64,000 bases of DNA from Carcharhinus amblyrhynchos (Eukaryota), in contig OZ336884.1 in NCBI GenBank assembly GCA_965287045.1, positions 51,646,001 through 51,710,000 of the forward strand, in the 5' to 3' direction. Below the pieces are notes generated by a model. That model had not been told where the DNA came from and did no database searches. It saw only the letters and a list, made by a program, of their open reading frames with translations. Every line of letters begins with the position of its first letter. The first letter of the stretch is position 1. Below, in pieces: positions 60,700 through 64,000 of this stretch. The position numbers and the translations under genes were made by a program.

Positions 60700-62870
60700 T
60701 CCTAAAAACAATCTGTCCCACTTGCTCCTAGTGGTGAATGGCACTCTGCAGGATCACCATTTTTGTGGTCAAAGAAAGAAGACTCTAAGTTTTGCGATTC
60801 AGAATGTTAGAACACGCATGGATCATCTCAAGAGTAACCATCCAGAAAGGACAACTGTAATTGGATCACATGAGCTATCTAGACTTGAAATTAACATCAC
60901 CACCTTCAGTAATACCTGCCTTCCTTGCGAGGGGCAGCTGAAGAAACAAGTTCAGGTGCGCGACAGGATACACATTTTACTGTAAAGGAAAGACTAACAG
61001 TGACCCTCATTGGAAGCATTGCCAGACACCACAATTATATAAATGAAAGGATCATGACACTTCAGCTCAGCCATAATCAAAATGCCACCTCCATCAGCAC
61101 TTATGCCCTACCCTGACTCTTGACTCTGATGAAGACTTTAAGGAACATTTCTACTCTGACCTTGAAAAAGTCCTCACTGCCATCCCTAAATAAGAAAACA
61201 TCATTCATCAGGGGGACTTTAATGTCAGGATTGGCCATCAATCTGATGTCCGGAGCAGAATGGCTGAGAAAAAGGGGGTGGGAAAAGCCATTGCAAATTG
61301 TTTCCTCCTGTTAATAAAGTGGGGTTCAGTATGGCTTCATTATAACAAACACCTTCTTCCACGAGAAGGAAAAACACAAAACCACATGGAGGCATCCTAG
61401 TTCAAAACATTGGCAATTCTTGGATTATGTCATTGTTCAGGTCACAGGTCTAAGTAATGAATGAATCATTTGATCCATCAACAGATGCCTTCTGGACAGA
61501 TCACAGACTAGTCCAACTGGTGATGAACATCTCCCAAGCACTAAGACATCACAAGGCCCAAAAGTCAAAGAGAAAGAAGATAAATGTTTCAGCACTAACG
61601 TAACTCAGCCAAAGGAAGTAATTCCAAGTGCAGTCCTTGACCAACCTAGAACATCTTCACACATCCAACTCAATTTGAGAATGGTAACAGCACATGATGT
61701 CAGCTGTACTAGATTCCTATGCCCAGACCATTGGGGTCGAGCATCTTTAACACCATGAGTGATTCAATGAAAACAAATCTGAAATACATGACTCCAAGAA
61801 CAAGGACAAGTGATTATATTGCCTGACAGAATAAGGCAAAGTTGCAACTCAAGAAGGCAAAAATGCAGCACCTCAAGGATGAGGTCCAAAGATAAATCCT
61901 GAAGATAAAGGACATGTGGTGGGAACAGAAAGCCCATGCAATCCGACAATAAACTAACCATCGTGACTTACAATGGGTTTTGAAACCATTAGCATAATCT
62001 ATAGACCAAGGTCAAATATCCCTTAGCTCGCAGGATAGTGTTTCTTTTCTTCACAGTGACAATTGCCACCAATTGCTGGATAGAATATTTTCGTCTTACA
62101 GATTTGTGAGGATAAAAGACTCTCCCTGCCATGCCCCCCCCCCGCCCCCCGCCCACCCCCACCCCCACCCAAACATCTCCCCTGACTGCAGGAATGCAAC
62201 AATTATAACTATCTGCAAAGAGGGTGATAAATGGTGTTGTGGAGACTATCGGGGCATTTCCCTCTGGTCATAGCAGGGAAAATTCTGACATGCATTCTTC
62301 TGAACCACCTATTTCCTGTGGCTGAGGAAATCATACCAGAGACACAGTATGGCTTCAGACTTTCCAGAGAAGCCTCTGATGTTGTCTTTGTCATCAGATA
62401 AATCCAAAAGATCACAGTCTTCAAACTGACCATCGTGAGGTTCTGTGGATTGTGCTCCAAAGATTTGGATGCCCAAGGAACCTCATTACAATCCTCAAAA
62501 GATGATATGACTGCAACTATCTTGAATGCAAGATCTGAAAGAGATGCCTTCAAAAATCTGGACCAGGATCAAGCAAGGCAGTGTGATTGCCCCCATCACA
62601 ATCTACCTGATACTGACTATTCACTTCATCAAAGATAAACTGCCCTCTGCTGTCAGCATTGACCACCAAATAAATGGGAAAGCTCTAACCTCAGTCACCT
62701 CCATGCCAAAACCAAACTGACCACCATAGACGTATGTGCGGATGACTGTACTGTCATTTGCCACTTGGCAAAAGATTTGCAAGCCACACTTGATCACTTC
62801 AATTCTGCACAGAAGAAAATCAGCTTGTCCTTGAATATTGCCAAAACCAAAATTCATACATCAACATCCA
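60700..62870 (+). mobile_element. Decayed RTE LINE from endonuclease N-terminus to RT
   Basis: NVRTRMD...ELSRLEINI...EGQLK, ISTYALP, WRHPSSKHWQFLDYVIV, GDYRGISL, tatgtgcggatgactgt (YADD-like); many stops and frameshifts. Confidence 0.85.
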
Positions 62871-64000
62871 GTCACACCAGAAATCAATGGGCTTTTGGTT
62901 GGGCCGCCAAATCTTCCGCAATGAGTCCTGCCAAGATGGGGCAGAAAATCCCAGTCCCTGTCAGCCAAACATTCAACCTTCCACAAACATTGAAAGAGAG
63001 GTTCTGCAATATGCTGAGCTGAGCACTTCGATGACTGAATGGTAACCATAAGACTAGCTTTCAATTTCAGATTTTATTAATTGAAGCTAAATGTCACCAG
63101 CTGTCATAATGGGATATGAACCCAGGTTCCCCACAGCATTCGCCTTGACCTCTGGATTGCTAGTCCAATCACGTTAATACTGCATCATCTTGTCCCCCGT
63201 ACTTCAGCAAATAACTATGCCAGTGCATTATTAGTGTAAACTCAAGTTTCTTGCATGCTTTGGAGTTATGTAAACAAAAGGCAGAGATTTATAACTTGAA
63301 GAGATATAAACAATTAAGGATATTTGTGTGAATCAATATTTTCACGCAAGTCCAGTGTAAATCAGTAACACAAAATCTCTTTGCAATAAACCATGTTGGT
63401 CTTGTATCACCGTTACCCTGAAAAGTTCTAGGACATTCTTGCCAACATCTTTAGATAGGTCAAGAAGAAAAGGTAGGAGGAACTTAATATTCAGGAAAAC
63501 TCCAGCCAAAGTAAGATAAGGTCCAGCTGTCAGAATTCAGAACATTACTTTTCATCAAGTTTCAACAAAGACTCCCCATCGAGATTATGAAAGCTATTGA
63601 CAATTCTAGTCCATAATTCTTTCAGCCAGTTCACTGTTTAATTAGACAGTTAACACTCATGTTTCTACCTCATAATCACATAAAACTTCTGTGTATTTAA
63701 ATTGTGTGTTCAGACCCAAACTGACACCAAAGCATGTTGATTGAGAATATCTTCTCAAGGCAGAATCGCTTTGTGTCGTTGTTGGGACAAGCCTTCACGA
63801 TCTGGATTCAGGCTATTTGATAACTGTAGACTTGGTGCAAGACTGCTTTACACTCCCTCCATAGTTGTTGTGTGAATATATCCTTGGGCAATGTTTCTTT
63901 AAAGGATTCAGCTGCATTGATTGTTACAGTTTCAATTTCATACATAATCCTGCGGCCAGGAGAAAAAATTATTTTGAGTTATCCCAGCTTTATCCAAATT

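Larger units (their letters stand above)
1..64000 (-). other. DMD: Internal segment of the dystrophin gene (intron 57 to intron 62 equivalents); no gene start or end in the window
   Basis: Five ordered, phase-compatible exons splice into 677 nt of continuous ORF. [33 protein letters not shown] and [21 protein letters not shown] fit dystrophin better than utrophin or DRP2 as I recall those sequences. Confidence 0.95.

Noticed and set aside
60048-64000. Exon 57 equivalent
   Set aside because: No matching reading frame was found by eye; the region is mostly RTE debris.

Overview
This is eukaryotic DNA, almost certainly from a cartilaginous fish (HE1 V-SINE, SacSINE1-like DeuSINE and shark-type CR1/Penelope repeats). 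The whole window lies inside the dystrophin (DMD) gene on the minus strand. I recovered five consecutive coding exons by hand: the equivalents of human exons 58 (60047-59927, 121 nt), 59 (56212-55944, 269 nt), 60 (40857-40711, 147 nt), 61 (9127-9049, 79 nt) and 62 (4366-4306, 61 nt). All have AG/GT boundaries and compatible phases, and together they encode spectrin repeats 23-24, hinge 4 and the start of the WW domain. The rest is intron filled with retroelement debris: a 2.7 kb young CR1 LINE, further CR1, L2-like, RTE, Rex1-like, Gypsy and Penelope fragments, SINEs, MITE-like palindromes and a 33/39-bp minisatellite. Nearly all ORFs in the supplied track are TE-derived or spurious. I found no convincing new protein-coding system. 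The best leads are at the RNA and regulatory level: an intact minimal hammerhead ribozyme core in the dystrophin sense strand, a highly similar inverted CR1 pair flanking the phase-symmetric exon 60, a CpG-retaining candidate exon just inside intron 62, a repeat-poor island bracketed by two CTCF-like motifs in intron 60, and several fold-back or self-templated rearrangements. TE boundaries are approximate and family names come from motif recognition, not from database searches.
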